From Fidelibacterota bacterium UBA2980 (GTDB lineage Bacteria > Fidelibacterota > Marinisomatia > Marinisomatales > Marinisomataceae), in assembly GCA_002348725.1 (NCBI GenBank), contig DEAO01000010.1, positions 12,061-48,435 on the forward strand: a stretch of 36,375 nucleotides of DNA. Direction: 5' to 3'. A program made the translations under genes and the position numbers. The notes beneath the pieces were generated by a model. It was not told the origin of the DNA, made no database searches, and was given only the letters and a program-made list of their open reading frames with translations. Shown here piece by piece: positions 36,208 through 36,375 of this stretch. Position 1 is the first letter of the stretch. Each line of letters starts with the position of its first letter.

Positions 36208-36375
36208 TATGGAAAGAAAAATTGTACACATCGTAGGAACAGGGACAATTGGCGAACCGTTAATTGGTATTCTTTGTGAACAGAAAAGTAATCTTGGTAT
36301 TGATGAAATAACATTTCATAAACATAGCCCTCTAACAAGTGATATGCCTAAGATAAAAAACTTAGTCAAAAAAGG
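36208..36375 (+). CDS. NAD(P)-binding Rossmann-fold protein, N-terminal fragment (3' end outside the window)
   Basis: The SD AGGGGGA (36191..36197) lies upstream. The N-terminus, MERKIVHIVGTGTIGEPLIGIL, is a dinucleotide-binding loop and is reminiscent of archaeal-type GAPDH or other N-terminal Rossmann dehydrogenases. It is too short to assign. Confidence 0.4.

Noticed and set aside
1-36375. Alternative genetic code or stop-codon reassignment, considered because of low GC and the small-genome character
   Set aside because: TAA, TAG and TGA all terminate ORFs at positions matching the expected C-termini of conserved proteins. Examples are TGA at scpA and nqrE, TAG at nqrA and serS, and TAA at many genes. 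No conserved gene is interrupted by an in-frame stop.
1-36375. Mobile elements, prophage remnants, CRISPR arrays, tRNA/rRNA genes, defence systems or toxin-antitoxin pairs
   Set aside because: There are no transposase, integrase or recombinase-like translations. I noticed no direct or inverted repeats beyond the intragenic S1 and LysM modules. No non-coding stretch is long enough for an RNA gene or repeat array.

Overview
This is an AT-rich, very gene-dense bacterial chromosome segment. I call about 42 CDS, and all but two are on the + strand. I see no rRNA, tRNA, CRISPR array, transposase, integrase or long repeat. No intergenic gap exceeds about 90 nt.

Gene content is mostly core housekeeping:
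- trpS (5'-truncated), scpA, scpB, rluB, cmk and rpsA
- a YbbR-like gene, tsaD, an orphan membrane-anchored gene and serS
- plsC, hldC (RfaE domain II), an MltD-like LysM transglycosylase and an HU/IHF gene
- nadK, a monofunctional proline dehydrogenase (- strand) and an FprA/GltD-like flavoprotein
- a complete Na+-NQR operon nqrABCDEF plus apbE, then an NhaD-type antiporter
- a PduO-type corrinoid adenosyltransferase, nrnA, ispH, pdxS, pdxT and dxs
- a split acyl-CoA mutase large subunit
- a System I cytochrome c maturation cluster ccmE-F-A-B-C-D
- the start of a Rossmann-fold gene

I do not see a defence island, a toxin-antitoxin pair or a clearly novel multi-gene accessory system.

The observations most worth a second look:
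1. The Ccm cluster is the variant type. CcmE carries C-x-x-x-Y instead of H-x-x-x-Y, and there is no ccmG or ccmH in the cluster.
2. An unlisted 29-aa transmembrane micro-ORF exactly fills the ccmF-ccmA gap, with coupled start and stop codons.
3. An unlisted 53-aa transmembrane, four-Cys ORF lies convergent with apbE. It looks like NqrM.
4. An unlisted 31-aa polybasic ORF resembles the bS22 / AURKAIP1-COX24 small ribosomal peptide.
5. The 'methylmalonyl-CoA mutase' carries the Phe/Gln substrate-site signature of isobutyryl-CoA mutase.

The mix of families suggests a streamlined non-proteobacterial marine lineage, possibly from the FCB group. The families behind this guess are PdxST, monofunctional PRODH, the bS22-like peptide, the split mutase and the variant CcmE. 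This is a guess that I cannot verify.

All homology calls come from recognising motifs by eye in the translations, not from database searches.
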